Shown here: positions 9,315-20,725 of the stretch, one piece after another
Position numbering within the stretch: position 1 is the first letter of the stretch
Layout of the letters: every line of letters begins with the position of its first letter
Virus record (IMG/VR): IMGVR_UViG_3300032092_000011
Span: 1 to 64,000 of that record
DNA length: 64,000 nt
Source of the DNA: a virus
Direction: 5' to 3' (one strand)
Notes under the pieces: generated by a model
Databases searched by the model: none
What the model was told of the DNA's origin: nothing
The model's input: only the letters and a program-made list of their open reading frames with translations
Position numbers and translations under genes: made by a program

Positions 9315-10258
9315 TATTTCTCTACTTTCCAAGCTGGATTCTGTTTTGTATTCTGTGCTGTATCTTCCTCTTTAAATTTCTTTAAAAGATCTACAGTATC
9401 TTGAGACAATTCGGTTTCATAATAATCCTCATAGATCTTTTGATATAAAATAGACATGATACCAAATAATGCACCTGGTTCCGAGTTCATTTCAAAAACA
9501 TAAACTTTACCATCCTTAGTTTCAGCTAAATCAATTGCATAAAAGTCTAAATCTGAATGGGCATCTGAAAAATATCTTAAAACCTTTAAATGTTCTGGTT
9601 TAATGTTCTTAATATCTTTACAGATATATGAAAAATTAGTTTCTTTTTCTGGATCTTTTTTAGAAATATCAGCAGTTTCATCATCTAACGGAACTCTTTG
9701 AGCCCATTGGATCAACTCTCCTCTCCATAACCAGTATCTATGTTCTTCTGTAATATCTATTTTTTCAGAAAATGAAGTGAATTTGCTTAAATCAGCAGAA
9801 TCAAAATCTTCTTCATCTTTAAAAACAACGATTCCTAATCCGCTATGCTCATTATCAGGCTTAGCAACAATAGGAAAATTAAGATCCTTTACTTCGCTTG
9901 GATCTGTAACGCTAGGTATAATATAGTTACTATCCTGATGCATTTCATAGAATGCTGACTTTGATGATATATTTTTTCTAGCCTCGATCTTATTATAAAT
10001 CTGATCGGGACGAATAGCTCCTTTTTCTAAAAGTTGCTCTAAAGTACCACGATCATAATTAAGTACAGGAAGTCCTTTTGGAACATCAACAACATCTATA
10101 TCTCTAGTTAAAATACACCAATATTCAGGAGTATGATATTCATCACCAGTTATAAAAGAATCTTCTAAATCTTTTCTTCTAGTAATGCATACCTTTTTAA
10201 ACTCATCTTTTACAATGGCTTCAGATACAAATTGTTCAAATGTTAATAGTGACTTCAT
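9314..10258 (-). CDS. ATP-grasp (RimK-like) ligase with N-terminal capsid-targeting-like tag
   Basis: FPIVAKPDNEHSGLGIVVF, FYAIDL...VYVFEMNSEPG; N-terminus MKSLLTFEQFVSEA. Confidence 0.75.
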   Translation of the reverse strand: MKSLLTFEQFVSEAIVKDEFKKVCITRRKDLEDSFITGDEYHTPEYWCILTRDIDVVDVPKGLPVLNYDRGTLEQLLEKGAIRPDQIYNKIEARKNISSKSAFYEMHQDSNYIIPSVTDPSEVKDLNFPIVAKPDNEHSGLGIVVFKDEEDFDSADLSKFTSFSEKIDITEEHRYWLWRGELIQWAQRVPLDDETADISKKDPEKETNFSYICKDIKNIKPEHLKVLRYFSDAHSDLDFYAIDLAETKDGKVYVFEMNSEPGALFGIMSILYQKIYEDYYETELSQDTVDLLKKFKEEDTAQNTKQNPAWKVEK

Positions 10259-10268
10259 GTACTATATA

Positions 10269-10868
10269 TTATTTGTAATGTTCTCCGCCTACCCAAAGAA
10301 CGAAAGATCTTCTAGTTCCTTTAGTAACGGGAGTAACTCGATGCATCATATATGATGGAAAAACTACAACATTACCACGTCCTCTTGGGGCTTGTCGAAT
10401 CCAATCTCCACCTCCCCAAATTTCTAAATCGCCGCCCTCGTATTCGCCGCCATCCGAAAGCTGAACTGTTATAGAAACTTTTCTTTTAGATGCCATTCCA
10501 GTTCCTAAATCTTGATGCCATGTATAATGTCCACCTGCAACATCGTAATATTCTGTATATTGAATTGCTTCTGGTGCTGCAATTAAATCAAATCCCCAGG
10601 TATGGTCATTAGCCTCAATTGCCATGGCCATTAATTTATCATAAAGCCATCCCCATTCTTGTGTTTGAGGAATCCATTTAATGCTAGAACTACGTACCTT
10701 TTTATCGACATTAGTTGATTCTCCTCCGATAATTGTAGCTTGCTCAAATGGAATTAAATCCACGTCATTATAAATTTTAGTTAATTCTTGTTCGGTAAAT
10801 CCCTTATCGAACCAGTAATAATTCTGAGGATCATTCTCAGGTTTTGTAAAGATGTTTTGAAAGTTCAT
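10269..10868 (-). CDS. 2OG-Fe(II) oxygenase, PKHD/prolyl-hydroxylase type
   Basis: YTWHQD, RKVSITVQLS, YEGGDL, VVVFPSYMMHRVTPVTKGTRRSFVLW. Confidence 0.92.
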   Translation of the reverse strand: MNFQNIFTKPENDPQNYYWFDKGFTEQELTKIYNDVDLIPFEQATIIGGESTNVDKKVRSSSIKWIPQTQEWGWLYDKLMAMAIEANDHTWGFDLIAAPEAIQYTEYYDVAGGHYTWHQDLGTGMASKRKVSITVQLSDGGEYEGGDLEIWGGGDWIRQAPRGRGNVVVFPSYMMHRVTPVTKGTRRSFVLWVGGEHYK

Positions 10869-10871
10869 ATA

Positions 10872-11534
10872 TTATTTATTTTTGTTAATTAGGGTTTGAA
10901 TCTCTTGATCCCAGAACGTATGTTCTTGTTGCATGTGAGAATCCTCAAATTCTTTACTGGTTACTGAAACTTCACCTGGTGTTTTAAGTCCTTGGATCCA
11001 ATATATTTTTCGTTTCATGAGGTCTTTGTTATAGAAATATAGATAATCATCTCCAAAAAATATCTTAAAACAATGTGGTATTTTTATATAATTCTCTTTT
11101 TTAAGAATCATCATACAACCAAAACCATATCCTCTATCATTTATTTCAGTCAATTCTATAAAATCATTGAACGTATTAATTTCAGAATTTAAAAGATTAT
11201 CTTTGTAGAGACCAATCATTCCAAAATTAGAATCTTTTTGGATCAACGTGTTGAACTTTCTTACCAAAAAATCAATGTTAATCGATATATCATCATTAAG
11301 TAGGCAAACGTATTTGTTCTGTGCAAGTGTTACGCCTATTGACCAAGAAGGATTGACAAATATGTTTGATTTTGGTTTAATAACTGTAACTCTATAATCC
11401 TTGCTTGCATATCCTTTCTGCGCATTGTCGATAATAATAAGCTCAGCATCCATGTTTTTGCAACTTTCAAAACTTTCAATAGTTTTGAAAATACGGTCGG
11501 ATTTCCATAGAGTCGGTATTATGAATGTAATCAT
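10872..11534 (-). CDS. glycosyltransferase family 2
   Basis: ITFIIPT, LIIIDN, CLLNDD, FFGDD. Confidence 0.85.
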   Translation of the reverse strand: MITFIIPTLWKSDRIFKTIESFESCKNMDAELIIIDNAQKGYASKDYRVTVIKPKSNIFVNPSWSIGVTLAQNKYVCLLNDDISINIDFLVRKFNTLIQKDSNFGMIGLYKDNLLNSEINTFNDFIELTEINDRGYGFGCMMILKKENYIKIPHCFKIFFGDDYLYFYNKDLMKRKIYWIQGLKTPGEVSVTSKEFEDSHMQQEHTFWDQEIQTLINKNK

Positions 11535-13342
11535 ATTTTGTATATTTCATTGACATAGCATTCTTCTTTGCCAAATTTACTAGGAGTATTAAGTGGATTA
11601 TTTGGATTTTCTTCATATGCCCAATCTTTATAGCCTAATTCCTCAAATCTATTTTTAATCTGCTCATTATAATGCCATGCAATAGAACGAACTCTTCTTT
11701 GAATATCCTTTCTAGCCAAATCATGTGAATTCATAACATTGCCATTGTTGTAGATAAATTGCAAGTAACCGAGTCTAGGTATTCTAACCATTTTCGTTTT
11801 TAAGAATGTTCTTACAATTAGTTCATAATCATCTGCAATTGCAAGATCTCTACAATGTCCACCAATTTCAAAATACGTTTCTCGCCTCCATGCTCTAACA
11901 TGATTTGGTACTCCAACGATATGCCTGATTGTTTTTGGATTTATATTTGAAGAGACAGCAACTTTAAATGTTTTATCTAGAACAGTTTCTTTAACATATC
12001 TTCCATATCCTAGTGCGAATCCATCTGGATATGTTAGTGAATTCCAATTTTGATCTATTTCTGCTGAATCTGTATAAAAGAATCCGGCATCTTTATGTGC
12101 TTGTGAAGCATTAAATAAATCTTCAGTGCATGTAGGTACTAAATAATCGTCATGGTCCAATTCTGCTAAAATATAACCTCGACATAAAGTCGCAGCTCTC
12201 CATTTTACTTCACCGATATTACCACCACTTTTCGGATTAATATCAAATACTCTAACTCTTGGATCTTTTGATGCGATTGCATTTGCTATTTTAAGAGTAG
12301 CTCCACCATCACTAGAATCATTAACAACCACCCACTCCCAATCAATATATGTTTGCGACCTTAGTGAATTATATGTCATTAAAAGTTTTTCACCAGTGTT
12401 ATATGCTGGAGTAAAATATGAAATCAATTTAGAATTATCAAAACTCATCATCGTTGTCATTGCACAATTATATGCTTTTTCACCGGTCAATGGATCATTA
12501 GGTTCTACATTAATCCACATTTTTCTAAATTCATGTGGCGCATTCCAAAGAGTTTTTAAATCTTCTGGATTTTCATATGCGCTAACAATAGCAATTGGTT
12601 TTACTCTAGCTAAATCTTCAAAAATATTTGAATCATCTTTGATATATTCAACATCTAAATCTTGAGATTCATAACTTGCATAGTAAGATGATTTTAAATC
12701 AGGTGTTCCTTCTCCAATATAAAGAATTTTAGGAACTTTGGCACTAGGTGCTTTTTGTAGATAATTGTAATGTGCTAAAATTTCATCAATAAAAAGAAAT
12801 GAATTTGGATTGGATTCATATACCTTTTCAATAAATCTACCATCAGCATCATAACCACCTTCAAATTCTATTCGATCAAATACTCTTCTGTTTAAAACAA
12901 ATTGAGCTAAATCAATATGTCTAACTTTCATATTTTCTGGCTTTGCGTACCTAACATCTACGCCAGTAAAATCTTTTCCAGCAACATGTTGATTAAATAC
13001 AATTCCATCTACAGAATTGTCAATCGATTCTTTTATTTTATCATAGAAATTTTCATGTAAAATATTATCATCATCTAGAGAATAGATCCAACCCGATTTA
13101 ATGGTATCTTTTATAATTCTACTCATTTGTGGATATAAATAGTCTCCACCTTGAGAGTATTCAAAATGAACTCTTGGGCTATATTCTTGTAGTTGAGTTA
13201 ATAATTCAACATCAATATCTTTTAATCGAGTCGAATCAAATATAATGTGCCAAACAACATCACTTGCTTTAGGAATTGAATTAGCAACTTTTAGTAGGTT
13301 TTGAGGTCTACTACACCTTGTTAAAATATGTATTGTATTCAT
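11531..13342 (-). CDS. two-domain glycosyltransferase family 2
   Basis: N-terminal YSLDDDN GT-A domain; C-terminal FTPAYN, WVVVNDS, AELDHDD, ADDYEL. Confidence 0.88.
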   Translation of the reverse strand: MNTIHILTRCSRPQNLLKVANSIPKASDVVWHIIFDSTRLKDIDVELLTQLQEYSPRVHFEYSQGGDYLYPQMSRIIKDTIKSGWIYSLDDDNILHENFYDKIKESIDNSVDGIVFNQHVAGKDFTGVDVRYAKPENMKVRHIDLAQFVLNRRVFDRIEFEGGYDADGRFIEKVYESNPNSFLFIDEILAHYNYLQKAPSAKVPKILYIGEGTPDLKSSYYASYESQDLDVEYIKDDSNIFEDLARVKPIAIVSAYENPEDLKTLWNAPHEFRKMWINVEPNDPLTGEKAYNCAMTTMMSFDNSKLISYFTPAYNTGEKLLMTYNSLRSQTYIDWEWVVVNDSSDGGATLKIANAIASKDPRVRVFDINPKSGGNIGEVKWRAATLCRGYILAELDHDDYLVPTCTEDLFNASQAHKDAGFFYTDSAEIDQNWNSLTYPDGFALGYGRYVKETVLDKTFKVAVSSNINPKTIRHIVGVPNHVRAWRRETYFEIGGHCRDLAIADDYELIVRTFLKTKMVRIPRLGYLQFIYNNGNVMNSHDLARKDIQRRVRSIAWHYNEQIKNRFEELGYKDWAYEENPNNPLNTPSKFGKEECYVNEIYKI

Positions 13343-13347
13343 GTTTA

Positions 13348-14274
13348 TTATTTTACATCAAAAAAGAACAAATGGAAGAATCTAGCATTATTAATATCGT
13401 CACCAAAATACTTAGTAGCAGCGTGAATTCTCTTTGAGTCAAAAAGAACTAATCTATTATAAACATTTCCAACCTCATCAATTTTTTCATACTGTGTTGA
13501 ATCATAAAAGTTTAATTGTGAACTTCTACCCTTAAATGTTTTATTATATGCCTCAGCATCTTGAGATGGGTCATCAAACCTGGTTCTACCAGTAAATTTA
13601 CTAGCGTAGAATGCAGTACCAGTTTCATACGGAGCTTCTTTAGTTAAGAAAACCATAGCTGCGTAATTTTGACTATCAACATGATATACAATTGGATCGT
13701 TAGCAACGCAATATTGGAATACACCATTTGCGTAAGTTTCAAGATTCCAGTTGACAATTTCACGACCAATAATTTGTTCAAACTTTTCTTTGGTTCCTTC
13801 TAAAACAAATCTTTCTTTGCTTCTTTTACCTTTATGATAATTAGATGGACTAAAGTCTAAATTATTAATGGCAAAATCTCTAACAAAATCTGGATTATCA
13901 TAGAAATTATCAACAATGATTAAACCTTTATTTTCATTATTAAATCCAGAATGAAATGCAATATAGTTATCAATATTTCCGCACTGGTATAATAATTCAC
14001 CAAAGTGAATATCAATATTCGAACTTGATCTAATAATGAATTCAACACCAACCATACTATTGTTGCCAGGGTAGTATTCCAGTACATCAGGTCGATCAAT
14101 CGCGGTAAATGGTATAGTAACATCATTAATACTGATCGATGTTATTGGTTTAAACTGATCACCATCCTTGACAGTAATCCAACCCCGTACTTTATAAAAA
14201 ACGCTAGCTTGTTTCTCGATAGAATCGAAATACCAATATACGTTTGGTGATTTTGTGAAATGATTATTAATCAT
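13348..14274 (-). CDS. DUF6445-like 2OG-Fe(II) oxygenase-fold protein
   Basis: IIVDNFYDNPD, YHVD, GTAFY, NVYNRLVLFD..IHAA, RFFHLFFF. Confidence 0.72.
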   Translation of the reverse strand: MINNHFTKSPNVYWYFDSIEKQASVFYKVRGWITVKDGDQFKPITSISINDVTIPFTAIDRPDVLEYYPGNNSMVGVEFIIRSSSNIDIHFGELLYQCGNIDNYIAFHSGFNNENKGLIIVDNFYDNPDFVRDFAINNLDFSPSNYHKGKRSKERFVLEGTKEKFEQIIGREIVNWNLETYANGVFQYCVANDPIVYHVDSQNYAAMVFLTKEAPYETGTAFYASKFTGRTRFDDPSQDAEAYNKTFKGRSSQLNFYDSTQYEKIDEVGNVYNRLVLFDSKRIHAATKYFGDDINNARFFHLFFFDVK

Positions 14275-14302
14275 AATTTTAGTTTATAGGTTTAATATTA
14301 AG

Positions 14303-15334
14303 TTAGTTTCCTCTTTTCTTATCAAAGTTTAAATATGTATCAGGATTTATTATGAGCTCATCCGAAATATCGTAGCATCCCTTAATAATATCATCTTTTG
14401 AAGCACCCTTATCAACAAGTTCTACTATCACTTGTTCAAAATAATGATTATGCTTTTCTAAATCAGTAAATTTCCAATTCTTAGGACAGCACCCACAGAA
14501 ATATTGTTCTGGAGTAATATAACCATACTTACATTTAAAGGATTCTCCGCCATATCCGCATGGTTTTAAAGAAGCATAGTAAGAATCCCAATCTAATTTA
14601 AACCGCCAGTGTTCATCATGCACAAATGCACCAAATTCTAAAAAAGCTGAGTTAAGTTGAAATCCTTCGGGTTCTTTTTCTATTTCAGCTCTACCCCAGT
14701 TTGGATTTCCTTTAATTTCAATCGCATCTCCATTTTTATCAAAAAATTCTGGAAGAGGAAAGATTCCAACCTCATAAAATCTTTTATTTCTTCTAAATAC
14801 CGGATTGTTTGTATATTCCTTTTTGGATAGATTCCAATATATTAATGATTCAAATTGATTTCTTTTAAGTAGGTTTTCTTCTTTTAACCAATATGAATAT
14901 CCAAATTGTCGGTCGTCAATGTCATTTTGGTATCTTCTAAGAACCATCTGATCAAGTTCTAGATTAGAATCAAAACATCTAATTAAAGAATTAATCCAAT
15001 TAAGTTCTAAACCGCTGATTTTTTGAGGTAAACATGTCCAATCTCCTTCTAAAAATAGAACATATTCATAATGTTCGGTCATTTTATTAAGTCGATTAAT
15101 TCCAGCACCAACTCCTAGATTTTTTTTTGAAAGTTCAAGGTGCCAAGATACATTAGAATATTTGTTAAATAATCGTTCAGTAACTTCTAATAATTCATTA
15201 TTATATGAATTTAAGAATATGAACCAATCTCCTTCAAAATTTGGATTAGCATCTAAAAAAGATACAATAGTTCTTTCTAGATATTCTGCTCTAAGTTGAG
15301 CATCGTGTGATAATGTTGCGATACAGAATTTCAT
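14303..15334 (-). CDS. GT-A fold glycosyltransferase
   Basis: NLGVGAGIN, VLFLEGDW, YTNNP motifs. Confidence 0.7.
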   Translation of the reverse strand: MKFCIATLSHDAQLRAEYLERTIVSFLDANPNFEGDWFIFLNSYNNELLEVTERLFNKYSNVSWHLELSKKNLGVGAGINRLNKMTEHYEYVLFLEGDWTCLPQKISGLELNWINSLIRCFDSNLELDQMVLRRYQNDIDDRQFGYSYWLKEENLLKRNQFESLIYWNLSKKEYTNNPVFRRNKRFYEVGIFPLPEFFDKNGDAIEIKGNPNWGRAEIEKEPEGFQLNSAFLEFGAFVHDEHWRFKLDWDSYYASLKPCGYGGESFKCKYGYITPEQYFCGCCPKNWKFTDLEKHNHYFEQVIVELVDKGASKDDIIKGCYDISDELIINPDTYLNFDKKRGN

Positions 15335-15368
15335 ATTATTATAATAATATACTACATTCTATATATAC

Positions 15369-15394
15369 AAAAAAGCCGGAATGAATCCGGCTTT
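15369..15394 (-). terminator. intrinsic terminator
   Basis: AAAGCCGGA-ATGAA-TCCGGCTTT stem. Confidence 0.7.
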
Positions 15395-15398
15395 AAAA

Positions 15399-16511
15399 TT
15401 ATTCAAATCCTATTTTTCTGTTGTGGGTAATAATACCGTTTGCAATAAAAAGATCAGTATTTTCAACATCTAATCGATACACTATTGTTTTTTCATCGAT
15501 TTCTTGTATAGAGATGATTTCAACTTCTTGTCCATTTTTATTTAGGAAAGTATCACCGATTGAAAGATCTGTAGTTTCACAGAAATTCCATATTCCATTT
15601 TGTTTTCTAAAATGAATATGGGTTCCTGACGCTATCAATAAACCATTATTAATAGAATAAGATGACCCAACACTAACTGGTGTAATCGATTTAACCGTTG
15701 CTGTATTAAATTCATACTCTAGAGTAGAATCAGACCAATTAACCCAAGCATTTTCATCTTCTGATAATCCAGAAATACTAACACTTTTTACTATGTCTTT
15801 TCGTCTAATATCTTTTAAAAGTTTAGTTGTACCATCTGCCATTTCAATAACAGAATCTCCTACCAGACAATTATCACCTCCACAACCTCTTGCTACATAA
15901 GTTGCGCCATAGTAAACAGTTCCCATACAAAATTGTTCTCCGTATCCAGCATATCCAACATACTGATTCCCGAGACAATCTAAACCTTCATAATACTGAT
16001 CGAATCCTGAATAAGTATCACATTGTTGTGGCGGTGGTGGTTCTACATAACTAAAAACCGCGGTTAATCTATAAGTATTTTGCCAGCCATCTGTTGGAAT
16101 ATAGTATGAAACGTTTGCCGAATATGACCAAATTTCATATGGATCCACGCGATACCAATATTGAAATGCATAACCAGACTGAGCAGATGCGTCTATTGTA
16201 ACCCAACTGTCATATGATTGCGTTACTGCATAAGTTGCTGGAAAATGGGAATCTAAATATCCGCTATACCATGGCGAAGTTACAGAAACTGTTCCGCCTC
16301 CATCAGAAGATAAAGTCCAGCATCTACTATTAATCCATTGGTTTCTAAACTGACCAGAAAAACTACCAGTTGAACTAGTTCCGTTGGGAGGGTTTGTAAA
16401 GAATTTACCTCTAATACTAGAAGCTGACGTGTATCCTCCTTGGCCACATTCAACGTATGATCGAAGCTGACTGAGCGTAACGCTACTGCCAGCGTAATAA
16501 ATTCTTCCCAT
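15399..16511 (-). CDS. putative virion/fibre-tip protein with C-terminal Hint (intein-like) domain
   Basis: Gly/Ser/Tyr-rich N-region; Hint block A CLVGDSVIEMADG and blocks F/G VYRLDVENTDLFIANGIITHN, followed by only RKIGFE. Confidence 0.8.
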   Translation of the reverse strand: MGRIYYAGSSVTLSQLRSYVECGQGGYTSASSIRGKFFTNPPNGTSSTGSFSGQFRNQWINSRCWTLSSDGGGTVSVTSPWYSGYLDSHFPATYAVTQSYDSWVTIDASAQSGYAFQYWYRVDPYEIWSYSANVSYYIPTDGWQNTYRLTAVFSYVEPPPPQQCDTYSGFDQYYEGLDCLGNQYVGYAGYGEQFCMGTVYYGATYVARGCGGDNCLVGDSVIEMADGTTKLLKDIRRKDIVKSVSISGLSEDENAWVNWSDSTLEYEFNTATVKSITPVSVGSSYSINNGLLIASGTHIHFRKQNGIWNFCETTDLSIGDTFLNKNGQEVEIISIQEIDEKTIVYRLDVENTDLFIANGIITHNRKIGFE

Positions 16512-17266
16512 TATGAATTAACTATTTTTTGAACCCATTCATGTCTCCACTTAAAACCAGATTCGTATTTTTGATTATTAATAAGTGGACATATGTCATA
16601 ACTTGCAGGAACTACTTGAGGAGCAATTTCAATAACTTGATTCTGTACAGTAAAACCATGATCTTCTAATATAAGTTTAACCGTACAATATTCAATTTCA
16701 TTATTAATAACTATTCTATTAACTGCTGTAGAATGTCTATCGATCCACCATGCATATATACCATTAGTATTTAAATAGTTTTTAACAAAGTTACTAAATC
16801 CAAGTACTCCATTATAATCATCTGCAAAAGCATCAAATCCTACATTATAATAAATAAAGTCAAAATTAGTAGGAAATCCTTCTTCAAATAAAGCATCTTC
16901 CCATCTATTTTCAATAATATGGGTTGTTCCACCATTTACAAAACCTTGATTTTCTAATCTAGCTAATTGATTTTGATTTGGTTCAATAATCCACAATTCA
17001 GCACAATTTGCATTCTTAACAAGTTGATTAAGAATACCAATTCCACTACCAACAATTAGAACCTTCTTTCCAACAATATTAGTTGAAAATCTAGTAACCA
17101 AATCTTGATAAATTGGCATATCAAATGGATTAATTGTCCATCTTTCCCATTCAACATCGGTTAATAAGATGTTTAAATTAGGGTCATACAAATAACAATT
17201 AATCTGCTTGTTAATATCAGCAGGTGGTAAATTATTTGTGAAAACGTAATCTATTCGTGCTTGCAT
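16511..17266 (-). CDS. class I SAM-dependent methyltransferase-like protein (GAMT/Rmt2-like)
   Basis: KVLIVGSGIG, WIIEP, ENRWED, FDFIYY. Confidence 0.6.
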   Translation of the reverse strand: MQARIDYVFTNNLPPADINKQINCYLYDPNLNILLTDVEWERWTINPFDMPIYQDLVTRFSTNIVGKKVLIVGSGIGILNQLVKNANCAELWIIEPNQNQLARLENQGFVNGGTTHIIENRWEDALFEEGFPTNFDFIYYNVGFDAFADDYNGVLGFSNFVKNYLNTNGIYAWWIDRHSTAVNRIVINNEIEYCTVKLILEDHGFTVQNQVIEIAPQVVPASYDICPLINNQKYESGFKWRHEWVQKIVNS

Positions 17267-17267
17267 A

Positions 17268-20200
17268 TTACTTATTTTCTAATTGTTTTACTCTTTCTGA
17301 AAGTTGTTTAATTGCTTCAATAAGAACACCAACTAAATCATTGTAACTTACAGTTTTATATCCATCTAATCCATCAACTACATTGTCTGGTAAAACTTTT
17401 TCAACTTCTTGAGCAATTAAACCAGTTCTCTGTCTATCTAGATCAGAATTTAAATTATATCTAACACCTCTTAAAGATTCTACAATCTCTAAAGCATTAT
17501 CTATTGTTTCAATATTTGTTTTTAACTTTTCGTCAGAACTAATAGTAACATCAGAAAAAGTTGGTGAAGAGTTAGTGTTTACATACTGGTTTAACGAATT
17601 TGCATAACCATTATTTGTAATATAACTTGTCCAGTTTGCATTTGTTAGAATAGTTCTGTATGATTGGTATGCACCATTAGTGACTCTACGTACCCAGAAA
17701 TTATCAGAGTGGAAGTCGTGTACAAGTTGGAATCCATAGTTAGCAGACCATGAGTTACCCATTGAGTTAATCCATTGATTCCAATCTCCAGATGGTGTTC
17801 CATTTGGACTAGATGCAAAGAAGAATCCGGATGCTCTATTAAATCCATTTAAGTCTCCGTCATTAGTACTCTTTTTGTCACCATCACCATATACAATTCG
17901 ACTAATGCCTACACCACTTATAGAGCTTGCATCATATGATGCTGGGCCTGTTGGACCTGTAGGACCTGTAGGACCTGTAGGACCAGGACCTCCAGCTGAA
18001 CCATCTCTACCAGTTGCACCTTGGGGACCAGTCGGACCAGTCGGACCAGTTGCTCCAGTTCCACCAGTTCCACCAGTCGGACCTGTTGGTCCAGTTGCGC
18101 CTTGGGGACCAGTCGGACCAGGACCTCCATTAGAACCATTAGTTCCATTAGGACCTGTTGGACCTTGTCTACCCTGTGCTCCAGTCGGACCAGTTGCTCC
18201 AGTTCCACCAGTTCCACCAGTCGGACCTGTTGGTCCAGTTGCTCCTTGAGGACCAGTTGAACCAGTAGGACCAGTCGGTCCAGTCGGACCGGCTACCGTA
18301 GATGCCGCTCCAGTTGCTCCAGTAGGGCCTGTAGGACCTTGAATACCTTGTGGTCCTGGACTTCCATTAGAACCATTTGTTCCAGCGGCTCCTTGAGCAC
18401 CGTTTGCTCCGGCTAGTCCATCAATACCAGATGGTCCTTGTCTACCTTGTGGACCAGTTGCTCCAGTAGGGCCAGTAGGGCCAGTTGCGCCCTGTACACC
18501 AGTCGATCCAGTTCCACCAGTTGCTCCAGTTGCACCCTGCGGCCCAGTCGGACCAGGACCTCCATTAGAACCATTAGTTCCATTTGGACCAGTAGGACCT
18601 TGTCTACCCTGTGCTCCAGTCGAACCAGTTGCTCCTTGAGCTCCAGTTCCACCAGTTCCACCAGTCGGACCAGTTGCTCCTTGAGGACCAGTCGCTCCTT
18701 GAGCTCCAGTTCCACCAGTTCCACCAGTCGGACCAGTTGCTCCTTGAGGACCAGTTGCTCCAGTTCCACCAGTCGGACCAGTTGCTCCTTGAGGACCAGT
18801 TGAACCAGTAGGACCAGTAGGTCCAGTAGGTCCAATTGCCCATGAATGAGAACTAGAACTTGTGTAATAAACACCACCATTAGGAATAGTAACCATGCCA
18901 GGCATCCATTTTAATGCGCCTGTGTCGCCATTATGAGTTGCAATTAATACCCATCCATCACCAACCTGAACCGAACCATCATTATACGCATGAACTGCTA
19001 ATCTTCCAGAATCATACGGATGGCTCATTCCTCGCCCAATTTTATACCAAACACCATTCCATGCTGGTACACTTAAGTTAGATACCGGACCGATATCTAA
19101 ATATCCAGAAGATCCTAAACTATTATCAACTGGTATAATAATTACTCTTTGATCCCATGTTAGTCTAGCAGAAGACCAAGTTACATTACCTCCTCCACTT
19201 ATAGCATAGTTTGCATTCGCAGTTTCATATTCAGTAGGACCCGTTGGTCCAGTTGCTCCTGTATTTCCTTGAGGACCTGTTGAACCTGTCGAACCAGTAG
19301 AACCTTGAGGTCCAGTTGCTCCTGTATTTCCAGTAATACCAGTTGGACCTTGATTTCCTTGTGCTCCAGTATTTCCAGTAATACCAGTTGGACCTTGATT
19401 TCCTTGAGGTCCTGTATTTCCTTGTGGACCAGTTGGACCCTGTCTACCTTGAAAACCTTGAGGTCCAGTAATACCAGTTGGACCTTGATTTCCTTGTGCT
19501 CCTGTATTTCCAGTAATACCAGTTGGACCTTGATTACCTTGAGGACCAGTTGCTCCTGTATTTCCAGTAATACCAGTCGGACCTTGATTACCTTGTGCTC
19601 CAGTATTTCCTTGAGGACCAGTTGGACCTTGATTTCCTTGAGCTCCTGTATTTCCAGTAATACCAGTTGGACCTTGATTTCCTTGTGCTCCAGTATTTCC
19701 TTGAGGACCGGTTGGACCCTGTCTACCTTGTGTTCCTTGAGCTCCAGTATTTCCTTGAGCTCCAGTATTTCCTTGAGGACCTGTCGGTCCTTGTACACCT
19801 GCTGCACCAACAACAGACATATCAGTTATATATGTCCATGTACCATTCCATAAATAAAGTGCTCCATAATCTGGATCAGTTTGCGGCAATGTTCCAGCAA
19901 CTAAACCAAATTCTCCAACTGGAGCAACATCACCTAATAACTGTGCAGTACTATCATATATTCTATAAATTCTAAATCCTTGTCCAGTAGTTCCCTGGGA
20001 TCCAGTTGGTCCCTGTCTACCTTGAAAACCTTGAGCTCCAACAGTTCCTTGTACTCCTGTTGGACCTTGATTACCTTGAGCTCCAGTTGAACCTTGCAAT
20101 CCAGTAGGACCTTGGTTTCCTTGAGCTCCAATAGTTCCTTGTACTCCTGTTGGACCTTGATTACCTTGAGCTCCAGTTGAACCTTGTAATCCAGTAGGAC

Positions 20201-20663
20201 CTTGATTACCTTGAGCTCCAGTTGAACCTTGTAATCCAGTAGGACCTTGGTTTCCTTGAGGACCTGTCGGTCCTTGTCTACCTTGTGCTCCTAAATCTCC
20301 TTGAGGACCTGTCGGTCCTTGTCTACCTTGAAAACCTTGAGCTCCAGTTGAACCTTGTAATCCAGTAGGACCTTGATTACCTTGAGCTCCAGTTGAACCT
20401 TGCAATCCAGTAGGACCTTGGTTTCCCTGAAATCCGGTCGGTCCTTGATTTCCTTGAGCTCCAGTTGAACCTTGAGGACCATTCGGACCTTGGTTTCCCT
20501 GAAATCCGGTCGGTCCTTGATTTCCTTGAGCTCCAGTCGGTCCTTGACGACCCTGACTTCCTTGCGGTCCTGTTGGACCAGCTGGAATACCTGTAATTCT
20601 GGTATCTATGGAGGTTATTTTTGAATCAAGAGACTCAACCTGCTTAATTTTAATTATCGACAC
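17268..20663 (-). CDS. collagen-like fibre protein with C-terminal peptidase S74 chaperone domain
   Basis: Hundreds of G-X-Y triplets (GPT/GAQ/GNQ); SDEKLKTNI...[13 protein letters not shown]74 motif; GTG start. Confidence 0.9.
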   Translation of the reverse strand: MSIIKIKQVESLDSKITSIDTRITGIPAGPTGPQGSQGRQGPTGAQGNQGPTGFQGNQGPNGPQGSTGAQGNQGPTGFQGNQGPTGLQGSTGAQGNQGPTGLQGSTGAQGFQGRQGPTGPQGDLGAQGRQGPTGPQGNQGPTGLQGSTGAQGNQGPTGLQGSTGAQGNQGPTGVQGTIGAQGNQGPTGLQGSTGAQGNQGPTGVQGTVGAQGFQGRQGPTGSQGTTGQGFRIYRIYDSTAQLLGDVAPVGEFGLVAGTLPQTDPDYGALYLWNGTWTYITDMSVVGAAGVQGPTGPQGNTGAQGNTGAQGTQGRQGPTGPQGNTGAQGNQGPTGITGNTGAQGNQGPTGPQGNTGAQGNQGPTGITGNTGATGPQGNQGPTGITGNTGAQGNQGPTGITGPQGFQGRQGPTGPQGNTGPQGNQGPTGITGNTGAQGNQGPTGITGNTGATGPQGSTGSTGSTGPQGNTGATGPTGPTEYETANANYAISGGGNVTWSSARLTWDQRVIIIPVDNSLGSSGYLDIGPVSNLSVPAWNGVWYKIGRGMSHPYDSGRLAVHAYNDGSVQVGDGWVLIATHNGDTGALKWMPGMVTIPNGGVYYTSSSSHSWAIGPTGPTGPTGSTGPQGATGPTGGTGATGPQGATGPTGGTGGTGAQGATGPQGATGPTGGTGGTGAQGATGSTGAQGRQGPTGPNGTNGSNGGPGPTGPQGATGATGGTGSTGVQGATGPTGPTGATGPQGRQGPSGIDGLAGANGAQGAAGTNGSNGSPGPQGIQGPTGPTGATGAASTVAGPTGPTGPTGSTGPQGATGPTGPTGGTGGTGATGPTGAQGRQGPTGPNGTNGSNGGPGPTGPQGATGPTGPTGGTGGTGATGPTGPTGPQGATGRDGSAGGPGPTGPTGPTGPTGPASYDASSISGVGISRIVYGDGDKKSTNDGDLNGFNRASGFFFASSPNGTPSGDWNQWINSMGNSWSANYGFQLVHDFHSDNFWVRRVTNGAYQSYRTILTNANWTSYITNNGYANSLNQYVNTNSSPTFSDVTISSDEKLKTNIETIDNALEIVESLRGVRYNLNSDLDRQRTGLIAQEVEKVLPDNVVDGLDGYKTVSYNDLVGVLIEAIKQLSERVKQLENK

Positions 20664-20725
20664 GGTTTTCTGAATTATTTTTAAATCTCAATCTATATAT
20701 TAGACTTAATTAGTAAGCGTCTAAC

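Noticed and set aside
15420-15869. Mobile intein
   Set aside because: No endonuclease, +1 residue is Arg and the domain is terminal; better read as an autoprocessing Hint domain
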